A stretch of 52,967 nucleotides of DNA from Christensenellaceae bacterium (lineage in GTDB: Bacteria > Bacillota > Clostridia > Christensenellales > Borkfalkiaceae). The DNA lies in assembly GCA_045530945.1 (NCBI GenBank), contig JAZSDD010000077.1, forward strand, positions 1-52,967, given 5' to 3'. The position numbers were made by a program, and so were the translations under genes. Under the pieces are notes generated by a model that saw only the letters and a program-made list of their open reading frames with translations, had not been told where the DNA came from and did not search any database. Shown here piece by piece: positions 42,354-52,900 of the stretch. Numbering within the stretch: the stretch's first letter is position 1; every line of letters begins with the position of its first letter.

Positions 42354-43316
42354 TTATAGATCTCTTTGAGTCATGCCGTAGAACCAATGCTTAATTGGAG
42401 TTGCTTGTGCTTCTGCAAGGTAGCAAACGCCCTTACCAAGACGTGCGATAGAAGAAGGACAATCCTTAGAGATTTCTCCATAAAGTTCCATTCTTGAAAC
42501 CATCTTCTGCCAACCGTTAGGCGTAGCGCCGTCGTGAACGATACAACGTTCTTTTGCGTTAACTACGTCGTATGGTCCAATAGTAGCGGCGCGAGGAGGA
42601 ACTGCCCATAAGTCACCGGCAGCACCAACTTGAGGCATAAGTGAATCTTCACAAACGGTAATTAAAGATGGAGTAACAAGTCCGGACTTAATTTTGATAA
42701 AGTCTTCTAAAGTATCTGCCATGCCTTTGTGTTCGGGAAGATCAGGGTCGATAAATGCCATATGTCCTGGCCATCCGGTTGCTGAATAAATAATGTCTGC
42801 GCCACCCTCGTCCTCAATCATCTTTGAGTAAACGCCGTATTTTGCGTTTTCGTTGTTAAAGGTGTGCCATTGTTCTACTTTAGGACGCAAATCTTCACGG
42901 ATGTTACCGTAGAAATTGTGCATAAATGAATAGCCTAAACCAGGAGCGTAAGTCGTGGGGCAAACGTTACCGTCTTCATCAGCAAATTCGTCCATAGCAA
43001 ATGCGTGAACGTTTCTCATATTGATATTAAACTTGTTAATCATTTCAACTAAAGAAAGGTATCTTCTTACCCAAGGGTTAGGACAAATCATAACGAGTTT
43101 TTTATCTTCTAAATCACTCTTTAAGATACGGTAGAACATATCCATAACTGCACAATAACCAGGGTCCATAACTACTCTAACTTGGTAACCGTGTTCGTTG
43201 GTGTACTCCATGTCTTCTCTTTTAATGTTGCGAAGTCTTTCGTACTCTTCTAAAGGAAGATTTGCGTTAGGAAGACCTTTAGCAGGTCTAAACTTAAAAC
43301 CATCGTAAATTGACAT
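42354..43316 (-). CDS. Glucosamine-6-phosphate deaminase/isomerase (NagB)-like protein, long form
   Basis: The stretch KKLVMICPNP...NVHAFAMDEFADEDGN parallels the NagB block (glatG.tp...v..FnlDEYvgl). At 320 aa it is longer than canonical NagB. Confidence 0.5.
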   Translation of the reverse strand: MSIYDGFKFRPAKGLPNANLPLEEYERLRNIKREDMEYTNEHGYQVRVVMDPGYCAVMDMFYRILKSDLEDKKLVMICPNPWVRRYLSLVEMINKFNINMRNVHAFAMDEFADEDGNVCPTTYAPGLGYSFMHNFYGNIREDLRPKVEQWHTFNNENAKYGVYSKMIEDEGGADIIYSATGWPGHMAFIDPDLPEHKGMADTLEDFIKIKSGLVTPSLITVCEDSLMPQVGAAGDLWAVPPRAATIGPYDVVNAKERCIVHDGATPNGWQKMVSRMELYGEISKDCPSSIARLGKGVCYLAEAQATPIKHWFYGMTQRDL

Positions 43317-43347
43317 AATTTTTCTCCTTAAATGTTTTTATGTTAAA

Positions 43348-44781
43348 TTAATTTTTAAATTTTTTATCGTATTTAGAAAACTTTTCTTGATATTTATCAA
43401 CAAGCTCAGGTTCAGGAGTAACCACCTTACCGTCCCAAGGGAATATAACAAACTTACCGTCTACCCCCTTTCTTGCAAGAGAGTATGCGCCAAAGCAACA
43501 CCTATCTGCTTGATTGGAAATATAGATTTCTTTGCCTAATACGTTCGAAAGAATTTGCATCCACGGTTCACTTCTAACTGCACCGCCTGCAATAATGATT
43601 TTATCCTCTTTCATTCCGCACTTTCTAAACCTTGAAACTATTTCTTTAATTTCAAAGGCAACTCCTTCCATCGTTGCTTTAATAATATCAAACTTATCAA
43701 AACGGAAAACGGCGTTTTCCACAGAGAAAGTCAAAGGAATTGCACCTCTATACCCTCCGCTACCCGAAACGAAAGGATACACGAGCAAGTCCATTTCAAA
43801 CGGCTTTTTAGGAAGTTGTTCGTTTAAGTCTTCGTAGGATACGGAAAAGAGGTTTCTCTCCCAATCGATAACCACGCCAGATGAAACGGCAGATGCAAAC
43901 ACGCCGTATCCTCCCATAGGATGATTACACGATGCGAATTTTTCCTTTCCAAGCTCATATTTATCACTGTTTCCGAAAACTACCCAAGTAGTTCCAGAAG
44001 AAATGAGCAAGTCGTTTCCACCAAAATATTGAGAGCCAATATTCGCAGCGTATTGATCGTGCGCACCACAAACGACGAGAGCGCTATTATTAATACCAAC
44101 TTCTTTTGCTACGTTAGGCAAAATCTCGCCTATAACCTCGCCAGCCTCTAACAACTCTGGAAAATAAGATTTGTTTAGCCCTATGGCGTTTAACAATTCC
44201 TCGTCGTATGCACGATTTTTAACGCTATACGCCCCCATCATTGCAGCAGAGGTGTAATCTATAACTTTTTTACCCGTAAGTTTATAGTAAATATAATCAG
44301 ACGTGGATAAAATAAGTTTAGTTTTATCTAAAATTTCTGGGATATGCTTTCTTGCCCAAAGAATTTTTGCAGGCATTGAACCTGGCGTTAAACTACTGCC
44401 TATTTTATTATAAAAATAATCACTACCAAACTTTTGTTTTAGTTCGTTAGACTCGATATCTGCCCTCTTATCCATCCAAGTGTAAGCGTTAGTTAAAGGT
44501 ATTACCTTTCCGTCATCATCAACGTCTGCAAGGAAAAAACTACCACCCTGAGCAGAAACGGATAGAGAAACTATATCGTATTCTCCACCCGAAATTGCCT
44601 CTTTTATACTGCCATACACGGCGTTAACCCAATCTTCGGGATTTTGTTCAAACGCACGGTCAAAAGGGGAAATTAGCCCGTAACCCATGTATCCTCTGCC
44701 GAGAACGTTACCCTTTTCATCAAACAGCATAGATTTAGTACCCGTAGTACCAAGGTCTATACCTAAAAATGCTTTTTTCAT
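43348..44781 (-). CDS. FGGY-family carbohydrate kinase
   Basis: It begins KAFLGIDLGTTGTKSMLFD, carries the C-terminal GGAVRSEPWMQILSNVLG motif, and is 477 aa long. Confidence 0.8.
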   Translation of the reverse strand: MKKAFLGIDLGTTGTKSMLFDEKGNVLGRGYMGYGLISPFDRAFEQNPEDWVNAVYGSIKEAISGGEYDIVSLSVSAQGGSFFLADVDDDGKVIPLTNAYTWMDKRADIESNELKQKFGSDYFYNKIGSSLTPGSMPAKILWARKHIPEILDKTKLILSTSDYIYYKLTGKKVIDYTSAAMMGAYSVKNRAYDEELLNAIGLNKSYFPELLEAGEVIGEILPNVAKEVGINNSALVVCGAHDQYAANIGSQYFGGNDLLISSGTTWVVFGNSDKYELGKEKFASCNHPMGGYGVFASAVSSGVVIDWERNLFSVSYEDLNEQLPKKPFEMDLLVYPFVSGSGGYRGAIPLTFSVENAVFRFDKFDIIKATMEGVAFEIKEIVSRFRKCGMKEDKIIIAGGAVRSEPWMQILSNVLGKEIYISNQADRCCFGAYSLARKGVDGKFVIFPWDGKVVTPEPELVDKYQEKFSKYDKKFKN

Positions 44782-44792
44782 TTTAACTCCGA

Positions 44793-45848
44793 TTAAAATT
44801 TAATATCGTAAAGCGTTGAAGCGTTCCTACACATAATATCTTCCACTTGTTCTTTAGTGAGAGTAAGGTCCGTCGCCGCTTTTTTGAATGCTCTCAAAAT
44901 TTCGTAGGTAAAGTTGGTGATATTTTTCTCGTCCGACTCTCTCATGTGTGGGTCTTTGTGAACCAAATCCCCGTATAACCCACGTGGAACGACGTTATAA
45001 TAAAAACCGTTTTCAATAACCCTGTACATACGCATTTTTGCAATAGGCATATCAGTGCCAAACATTACTCTTTTAGAGCCAAAGGTTTCTATACACTCTC
45101 TAATAATATCCCCGTTAGTGTTAGCGGAGAAATCGAAAAGCATATTTTTCGTGTCTTTTAACCTTATAAAAGCGTCACCAACGTCCTCCATTGCATAGGC
45201 TCTGCCAATATGCGCAACGATAAGTTTAACGTTTGGATATTTTTGCTCTATATCTAATAAGGTGTCAAGGTTGGATTTGTTTTTAAATCTATCGTTCTTT
45301 GAAACGTGCAAAACAACTTTCCAACCGTATTTGTCAGCAACTTTTAAGTGTTTTTCGGGGAGGAAATCGTAGATATCCGCATCAGACGGTTTAACCCCCT
45401 CTTTGCAACCTGCAAGGTAAGGTTTTAAGCCTTGATAACCACCGGATAAAACTTGTTCTTCAACAAAGTCAGGACTCATATCGTATTTAGTCCAAAAGAG
45501 CGTTGGGTAACCGGTTTTTTTACCAACCTCCTTGATGTAGGCATTATGTTCCATGCATCTTTTTACAGAGTTACCAAAAATTACGGGAACAACTTTTTTA
45601 CCAGGAAATAAATCTAAATAGGTTTGCTCTAAGTCCTCAATATAGCAATCACCCGCAACGAGGTTTGACCATTTTTGGGGAAACTTACTTCTATCAAACT
45701 CGTCGTCCTCAACCCTCCAACTGTGAGCGTGAGAGTCCACAATATTTTCTGGCAAAAAATCTTTTAATTCTTCTAAATAAACTTTTTTATCGTAATCGGT
45801 TAAATCAAAACCAAACACGTTAAACTCCTCCAAGTTTATAATCCTCAA
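44793..45848 (-). CDS. Amidohydrolase-2 (TIM-barrel metal-dependent hydrolase) family protein
   Basis: Motifs VDSHAHSW, VVLHVS, VAHIGR and MFGTDMP are present. The listed start is a TTG at 45848. A GTG at 45816-45818 preceded by GGAGGAG is a better candidate. Confidence 0.65.
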   Translation of the reverse strand: MRIINLEEFNVFGFDLTDYDKKVYLEELKDFLPENIVDSHAHSWRVEDDEFDRSKFPQKWSNLVAGDCYIEDLEQTYLDLFPGKKVVPVIFGNSVKRCMEHNAYIKEVGKKTGYPTLFWTKYDMSPDFVEEQVLSGGYQGLKPYLAGCKEGVKPSDADIYDFLPEKHLKVADKYGWKVVLHVSKNDRFKNKSNLDTLLDIEQKYPNVKLIVAHIGRAYAMEDVGDAFIRLKDTKNMLFDFSANTNGDIIRECIETFGSKRVMFGTDMPIAKMRMYRVIENGFYYNVVPRGLYGDLVHKDPHMRESDEKNITNFTYEILRAFKKAATDLTLTKEQVEDIMCRNASTLYDIKF

Positions 45849-45940
45849 GTATATTGTAACACCGATAATAAAAATAGCAAATAAGAAAAACTCATATTTA
45901 CATATTAAAAAGCAAGTAATTTAAAAATAGTATGAAAAAA

Positions 45941-45976
45941 TAAAAGAAAATCACGGAGAAAGTATCTCCGTGATTT
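45941..45976 (-). terminator. Terminator of the 1191-aa surface protein gene
   Basis: The hairpin AAATCACGGAGA-AAGTA-TCTCCGTGATTT is followed by a T-run on the minus strand. It is a near-copy of the hairpin at 49887-49916. Confidence 0.75.
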
Positions 45977-46005
45977 AATTTTGTTAGTTGTATTTTGCTA
46001 AAATA

Positions 46006-49000
46006 CTATTCAGCAACAACGGGAATATTCTTCCATACGGGAACACCACTTGTGATATCCCAGTAAGCAGATGTGAATGAAGAGTAATCGTTTGCAGGAT
46101 CTGCATTCTTCATAGCATCCATAGTCGTGTAGAATTTAACGCCCGTGTAAACTTCAGGAACACTCTCTTGACTGTAACCTGGTCTTCCGTTAAGAACAAA
46201 ATAAACGTTCTCCATAGATAAACCAGTTTCTAACGTAAGAGGCATGCCTGCGTAACTAGCAATACCGCAAAGTGCGTTTTCGTTATTAGTTGCAAGATCA
46301 CCAACCTCGTAATTAATAATTACGTTAGACCACTTCTTGATACCCAATGAAGCGCCGTTAGCTGATTTGCCCATTACGTCTAAGCTATAGAACAAGCCGA
46401 ATGGAGAAACAACGCCAGATCCAACAGCAGTAGCCTTTACGTAAACGTAAACGTTGCTGATTTCACTCTTGTTAGAAGCATCTGAAGCCTTAACCTTAGG
46501 AGTTCTAAAGAATAAACCACCAGTTTTTTTGGTTGTAAAATTATATTCACCTACGGTACCTTTAGCAAAGTCGTAGAACTTAATGCCGTTAATTGCAAAG
46601 TTCTTTAGAACTGCATTAGGACCAGAATACAAACCAAACATTAAACCGTAATAATCTGCGTATAAGCTTCCTGTATTGTTATCCATAATTACGTTGTTTA
46701 ATACGTGACCTCTACCGTCAAACGTTGCGTCAAAGGTAACAATGCCACGGCTACTACCAGTAGAGCTAGAAATTCTACCACCAAACATTTCGTTCTTAGA
46801 AATAACCTTTTCACCAGCAGCGTTGTAAGCGTATTCGCTAAAGGTGAGGTCTTCTGCAAGAGCATAATGTCCAGTTCTTGTACCAATTTTATCAGCGGTA
46901 ATGGATTCTATTTCAATACCAGTTTCATCGTATACTGTGTAGGTTGCAGCCGCTGCTGTTCCACAGTTATCAGCACCGAAGAGCGTAGCCATTCTCGTTC
47001 TTGACAAATCGGTGTTTTCAAACACTTCAGTGTAAACGATAACGCCCTTTAAGCTGTATTTCTCTTCGTTATAGGTTTCTACGATTAAGTCGTAAGGATA
47101 TTCAGAACCAATTTCAGCGTCTGGAGCAAAAGTAGTATCAACCTTGCCCAATTCATATACAGATGCACCGTTATAAGTTATATCCTTTATCTCTGCTATA
47201 CTGATAGAATCGCTTGAATCATTGAAGTAAAGTTTACCGTTTTGTTTAGAAAGTATTACGTTTTCAAGGGTTGCAGTAATAACAGTCTCTGTGTCAACAC
47301 CGATAGAAATGGTTGAAATAACCTTGCCACCGTACTTAACGTTAACGTCTACAACGCCTTCACCCTTTCCAATAGTAATAACGTTGCCCGAGATAGAAAC
47401 TAATTCACTGTTAGCTTCAAGGGTGATTTCTGATGCATCAACCTTTTCACCATTGTAGAAAGCAACAACTGAATATTGAGCATCTTTCTCAGTGAAGAAT
47501 AAGGAAGAAACAACTTGTTCCTCACTATCAACTAAATAAGAAATGTTGTAAGACGCTTTCCAAACGAGTTCGCCATCAACAAGTATCCAGTAACCAGAAT
47601 CAATAAATGCTTGTGTATCGGAAATTTCGCTAACAGCTGAAACTTTATTAAAGTTAGCTCCGTTTTCGGTAGCAGTAAGGGTACTAGCACCTCTAGAAAC
47701 TGCACCAGCAGTAGCAATATATGTGTTTTGGATAGTGAAATTAGCAGGAACTGTAGCAAGACCCTTAACACCTAAGAGAACAGGACCACCAACGTTATCG
47801 ATTATAACGTTGTTAAAGTTCATCTTAGCAACGGTGTTTTTATCAGTATCGTCAGCAGCGAAGTCAAAGAATACGAGTGAGTAATATCCGTAACTTGCTC
47901 GACTATCTTCTTCAAAAGAATCGTAGATATAAACGTTTTCAAAGGTAATTTCGTTTTCTTTGCTTGATGGAGCGTAGAATAACTTACTGAAGTTATTTTG
48001 TCTTTCAACGTAATAGAATTTACCTTCAGCAGCACCATTTCTTCTTTCATAGATTTTGAAGCCGTTAAATGAAATGTTCTTAAAGGTAGCACCATCACCA
48101 GCAAGACCGAACATTGTTCCCTCGTCATTGGTAATGATAGGAATATTATTTAATGCAAAGCCTCTACCATTTAACGAGCCTGCAAAGGTATTGCTTAAAT
48201 CTTTACCTTTATTAGCAAATAATTCGTTAGTAGCGCCGGTACTATCGTATTGCTCACTTTCTTCTAAGTTAGAAGGAAGATCAGAATGATCACGGAAATA
48301 GATGTTTTCTGCTAAAGCGTAGCTACCTGAAATGGTTTCAGCTTCTGCGCCTTCAGAAGTTACGGAAACTCTGCCACATGCGGAGAATAAATCTCTCATT
48401 TCTTGTCTTGACTCAGCAGTGTTTTCAAATACCTTGTCAAAAACTTCAGCTTCTTCGATAACGCAGTTATAATCTTCCGTGCTAAGAACTAATGAGAACT
48501 TGTCACCAACCGTCTTATTAGCAAGCGCTAAATCAAGAGTTCCATCTTCTTTAAGAGCGTTTACACCGTCAATATCAGCAGAGGTGAAAACAACGTCTTT
48601 AGAATCAGCTTCGTTGAGGAAGATTTTACCATTAGCGTCAATAGCAACGGTTTTGAGACCTTCGTCAACAAAGGTAAATTTATGACAAGCCAATTTAATA
48701 GAAAAGTTAACTTGATCTGCTTCAATGGTGGTGATAGTAGTAACGCCACCGGGAGCAAGCTCTGAAACTGACTCTTGAGAGAAAGCAGCCATGCACTTGC
48801 CTTCTTCATATAAAACGAATTCAGCACTGTCGCCAATAATGAAGCCTAAGGTGTTGGCAGAAAAAGCCTCAGCATCGCCACCGAAAACACCTTCAGCATT
48901 TAAGGTAACTTCATAATCGGTTTCTTCATATTGGATTGAGTATTTGTCGTAGAAATCGGAAGGAACGTCTTCATCAGCCGTTTTAACAGCAGCAGCAACA

Positions 49001-49581
49001 GCTAACATCATACGAGCAGACGAAATATCTCCATAAACGATAGTAGCGGTAGACGAACTAAATTCACCTTCGTAAATTGCATAGAAAGGCTTAACGATCC
49101 AAGGCATAGTAACTAATTGAGCTTTGAAAATCTCAAAAGTAGGAACTTGTGTAGGATCTGCAGCCTTAGCGTCTTCATATATTTTGTCAGTATCAAGAAT
49201 TAATTCTGCGTCGTAAACAAAATAGTTATCATCAAGACTTTCAAAGTTGCCGTCAGTATTAGCAATAACCGGAAAATCCGAATCAAACGTTATTTCGTTA
49301 GAACTTTTGTCAGCAAAACTATAAATAGCGCCGAAAGCAATGGTTTTATTTGCGTTTTCGGGCAAAGCTTTTAAAGCATTGTAATCTTGCTTATTAACTT
49401 TGATTTGGTAATTGATACCAAGGTCGTTCTCGTCACCTGCGAGATAAACGCTGGCACCATCGGTTGCGCCGAAATCAATCTTTCCATCTGCCTTTGCAAG
49501 CATTGAGCCTGCGAAGAAGAAAGAAAGTGACATCAAAAACGCCATCGCTAAGACTAAAAATAATCTTATTGACTTTTTCAT
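46006..49581 (-). CDS. Very large secreted modular protein: signal peptide, N-terminal region, then two (Ig-like + beta-helix/GLUG-like) modules
   Basis: The signal peptide is MKKSIRLFLVLAMAFLMSLSFFFAGSMLAKA. The modules are marked by YALAE(N/D).. then FAGSLNGRGFALNNIPI / FDATFDGRGHVLNNVIM, then MFGLAG / MFGLYSG and ..KN(I/F)(S/A)(F/I)NG. Each ends in YW...G.(L/P)VWK. A Big_2-like segment (SELVSISGNVITIGKGEG) lies between them. I saw no LPXTG, SLH or choline-binding anchor. Confidence 0.8.
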   Translation of the reverse strand: MKKSIRLFLVLAMAFLMSLSFFFAGSMLAKADGKIDFGATDGASVYLAGDENDLGINYQIKVNKQDYNALKALPENANKTIAFGAIYSFADKSSNEITFDSDFPVIANTDGNFESLDDNYFVYDAELILDTDKIYEDAKAADPTQVPTFEIFKAQLVTMPWIVKPFYAIYEGEFSSSTATIVYGDISSARMMLAVAAAVKTADEDVPSDFYDKYSIQYEETDYEVTLNAEGVFGGDAEAFSANTLGFIIGDSAEFVLYEEGKCMAAFSQESVSELAPGGVTTITTIEADQVNFSIKLACHKFTFVDEGLKTVAIDANGKIFLNEADSKDVVFTSADIDGVNALKEDGTLDLALANKTVGDKFSLVLSTEDYNCVIEEAEVFDKVFENTAESRQEMRDLFSACGRVSVTSEGAEAETISGSYALAENIYFRDHSDLPSNLEESEQYDSTGATNELFANKGKDLSNTFAGSLNGRGFALNNIPIITNDEGTMFGLAGDGATFKNISFNGFKIYERRNGAAEGKFYYVERQNNFSKLFYAPSSKENEITFENVYIYDSFEEDSRASYGYYSLVFFDFAADDTDKNTVAKMNFNNVIIDNVGGPVLLGVKGLATVPANFTIQNTYIATAGAVSRGASTLTATENGANFNKVSAVSEISDTQAFIDSGYWILVDGELVWKASYNISYLVDSEEQVVSSLFFTEKDAQYSVVAFYNGEKVDASEITLEANSELVSISGNVITIGKGEGVVDVNVKYGGKVISTISIGVDTETVITATLENVILSKQNGKLYFNDSSDSISIAEIKDITYNGASVYELGKVDTTFAPDAEIGSEYPYDLIVETYNEEKYSLKGVIVYTEVFENTDLSRTRMATLFGADNCGTAAAATYTVYDETGIEIESITADKIGTRTGHYALAEDLTFSEYAYNAAGEKVISKNEMFGGRISSSTGSSRGIVTFDATFDGRGHVLNNVIMDNNTGSLYADYYGLMFGLYSGPNAVLKNFAINGIKFYDFAKGTVGEYNFTTKKTGGLFFRTPKVKASDASNKSEISNVYVYVKATAVGSGVVSPFGLFYSLDVMGKSANGASLGIKKWSNVIINYEVGDLATNNENALCGIASYAGMPLTLETGLSMENVYFVLNGRPGYSQESVPEVYTGVKFYTTMDAMKNADPANDYSSFTSAYWDITSGVPVWKNIPVVAE

Positions 49582-49874
49582 GTGGTTTCCTCCTGTACTT
49601 TAATTGCGCCGAAAGTTTCGGCACGAGATAAATTTTATAAAGTATAATACCTATCAATATTGCTTAGATAAATCTTAAAAGACAAAATCGACAAGTGTAT
49701 ACACTCCTTTGTATAATATATTGTATCATTACAGCAATGTTAACGCAATCAAAAAATGCTATATATTAATATTAAAATGCCACTTTTGACTTTTAAACAC
49801 AATAATATTATGATACGAAATGATAAAAATATGAATAAATTAAGAAAAGGAAAAAACTGGGCTTTTGTTTTTAC

Positions 49875-49916
49875 AAAATAAACAAAAAATCACGGAGAAA
49901 TTCTTCTCCGTGATTT
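49875..49916 (-). terminator. Terminator of the upstream giant paralogue
   Basis: The hairpin AAATCACGGAGAA-ATTC-TTCTCCGTGATTT is followed by a T-run on the minus strand. Confidence 0.75.
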
Positions 49917-49946
49917 AGTTTTGTTAATTGCCTTTATGTGTGAATA

Positions 49947-52900
49947 CTATTTAGCAACACCCCATACAGGAACTTCGCCGTCAGTTACAGTCCAGTAACC
50001 AGATGATGCGAATGAAGAGTAGTCATTAGCATCTGCCTTCATTAAGTCCATAGTCGTGTAGAACTTAATACCCGTGCCATAACTTGAAGGAATATTTGTT
50101 TGGTTATAATTTGGTTTACCGTCTACTACAAAGTAAACGTTCGACAAATTAGCTCCCGTTTCTTTCTCTGGGATAAGAGTTGGGTTAGTAACAGCAGCGT
50201 TAGATAAAGCACACGCATATCTAGTAGTTTTTGAACCATTGTAGACGTAATTAAGGATTACGTTAGACCAAGTCTTGATACCCAATGAAATGTTGTCATT
50301 ATTTTCATTTGGTGTACCTTTTACATAAAGGTTGTAGAACAATCCAAGACATTGGTTTTTACCGCTAGGAGCAGCACTTAAGGAAACGTAAACGTTGCTA
50401 ATTTCACTCTCGTTGCTTGCATCAGCAATTGATACTCCAGGATGATAGAAGAATAGTCCACCATATTTAGTTGAAACCGAATATGTGCTTTTTACTGTTC
50501 CGCTGGTTTTGAGGAATAGAACCTCGTTGATAGCAAAATTCTTTAATACCGCGTTAGGACCAGAATATAAACCAAACATACCGCCCGTAAAGTTATCATA
50601 ACCATCTATCACAACGTCGTTTAAGACGTGCCCACGACCATCAAAGGTTGCATCAAACGTTATTAGACCAGCAGTATTCTTACCACCAAACACCTCGTCA
50701 AGGCTATAATTCGTTCCATCATCTTTTTCACAAACGAAAGTGAGATCTTCTGCCAATGCGTAATAACCAGTAAGTACCTCTACCGTTTCGCCATTTCTTG
50801 CACAACCAAAGAGCGTTGCCATTCTCGTTCTTGATTTAGCAGTGTTTTCAAACACGTCTGTATAAACGCTAACGTTAACCAATTTAAATCTTGCACCCTC
50901 AACAGTTTCTAACGCTAACTCATAAGTTTTAGAACCGATTTCAGTATCTAAAGCAAAGGTTGTGTCAACCTTAAGACTTGTTGCGTCAAAAATAGATTCT
51001 CCATTGTAGGTTACATCTTTAATGTTTGCCATTTTAACTTTTTCGCTTGAATCGTTGAAGTAGAGTTTTCCGTTATATTTAGAAAGTATAACGTTTGCAA
51101 GGGGTATCGCTTCTTCCTTAGTGTGTACTTTGATATAAATAGTTGAAACAACTTTATCACCAACTTTAACGGTTACAAATGCAGTACCATATTGATCGTC
51201 AAGAACGGTAATTTTGCCAGTTTCTGCATCGTAGCTTACAACTTGATCGTTAAGAATTTCAACTGAAACGCCCTCGGTAACTTCAACGCCATTTTCAAAT
51301 GCTTTTACGGTGAAGGTTTCACCAGCAGTTGTTGAATAAGCAAAGTTAACAAGCTCACCCTCTGCATTGTACATAACAGCGCCGTCTGCAATGCTCTTGA
51401 ATACGGGAGCGCCGTCAGCACCGATTACCCAGTAATCAGATGAGAAGGAAGATAAGTCATGGTTGTTTGCAGGAATTTCTTTTCTTGCATCTTGAATAGT
51501 TGGGTAGCCTTTACCACCATATGCAACTACCGCGTCTTCCGTATTATAAGTTCCAAGTCTATTAACAGTACCATTGGTTAGATAGTAAACGTTTGAAATT
51601 TCACCAGTTATATTAGTTCCCCCGTTGTAGTTGAAGAACTTGTGCTTTGTCGTTGTTTGACCTTCAGGATACTCAAGCTCTACAACAACGTTACTTATGT
51701 TCCAAGTGCCAAGTCCGTTTGTTTTACTATCACATACAAATATTGCTTCGGTATCATCAGTTTTTTCATAGTACTTATAAACGTAAACGTTTTCTATGGT
51801 TACGGTTGCCTCTGACTTAGAGTAGAGGAAGAATAGTCCACTATATCCTTTCTCAGTGGTTACGCCGTTAATTGCAAAGTTCTTTAACGTACAAGTACCT
51901 GCGTTAGAGCCAAATATAGCACTATTGAGAGATGTATTATAAGCGGCAAGATAAACGTTGTTTAATGCATATCCACGTCCATCAAACGCACCTGCAAAAG
52001 AACTACCTTTTGCAGATACGATTTTATCTTCATCACCAAAATCAATATTTCCTGCAAGAACGTAGTATCCTGTTGTTGCAGTGTTCGCCACGCCGCTAAG
52101 CAAGGTAACTAAATCCTCTTTATTGTCATTGTTAAACACGCCGTCGTAAACTTTAACGTTGGTTGCTTCGTATTTTCCTTCAGAAGTAATAACTGTTAAC
52201 GTACGGTTTTCGTTTCCTGCAGTTCCGTCAGTTACAGCAATATCTGAAGCGTCAATTATGCCCTCATTGTAAATTGAATTATCACCATAAACAACGTCTT
52301 TAATTACCCAAGAAGCTGCGTCAGCACCCTCGTTAAAGTAGAACTTGCCATTGAGTTTAGAAAGAAGAATTTCTTCAGTATAAGGTTTTTCGTCTCTCGT
52401 GTCAACGTTAAAGGTGTAAGTAATAACTGCTCCTTTATAAGTTACAGTAACGGTTGCAGTGCCTTCCCCATTTCCAATAGTAATAACGTTGCCCGAGATA
52501 GAAACTAATTCACTGTTAGTTTCAAGGGTGATTTCTGATGTAACCTCTTCACCATTGTAGTAAGCGACAACTGAATAGTTTTCTCCTTCCTCTGTAAAGG
52601 ATAGTGTAGAAACAACATCTCCCTCGCTATCAAGCAAGTAAGTTGTGTTATGACAATTCTTCCAAACAAGCACACCATAAGCATCAGTCATCCAGTAACC
52701 AGAATCAATAAATGCTTTGGTGTCTGAAATTTCGCTAACAGCTGAAACTTTATTAAAGTTAGCTCCGTTTTCGGAAGCTGTAAGGGTACTAGCACCTCTA
52801 GAAACTGCACCAGCAGTAGCAATATAAGTGTTTTCGATAGTGAAATTAGCAGGAACTGTAGTAAGACCTTTAACACCTAAGAGAACAGGACCACCAACGT

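Noticed and set aside
46698-48836. Several 62-102-aa minus-strand out-of-frame ORFs and plus-strand ORFs within the 1191-aa gene, with an equivalent ORF at 52688..52876
   Set aside because: They are nested in a long, coherent modular ORF. The Leu-rich products are typical of alternative frames of a T/A/G-rich coding sequence.
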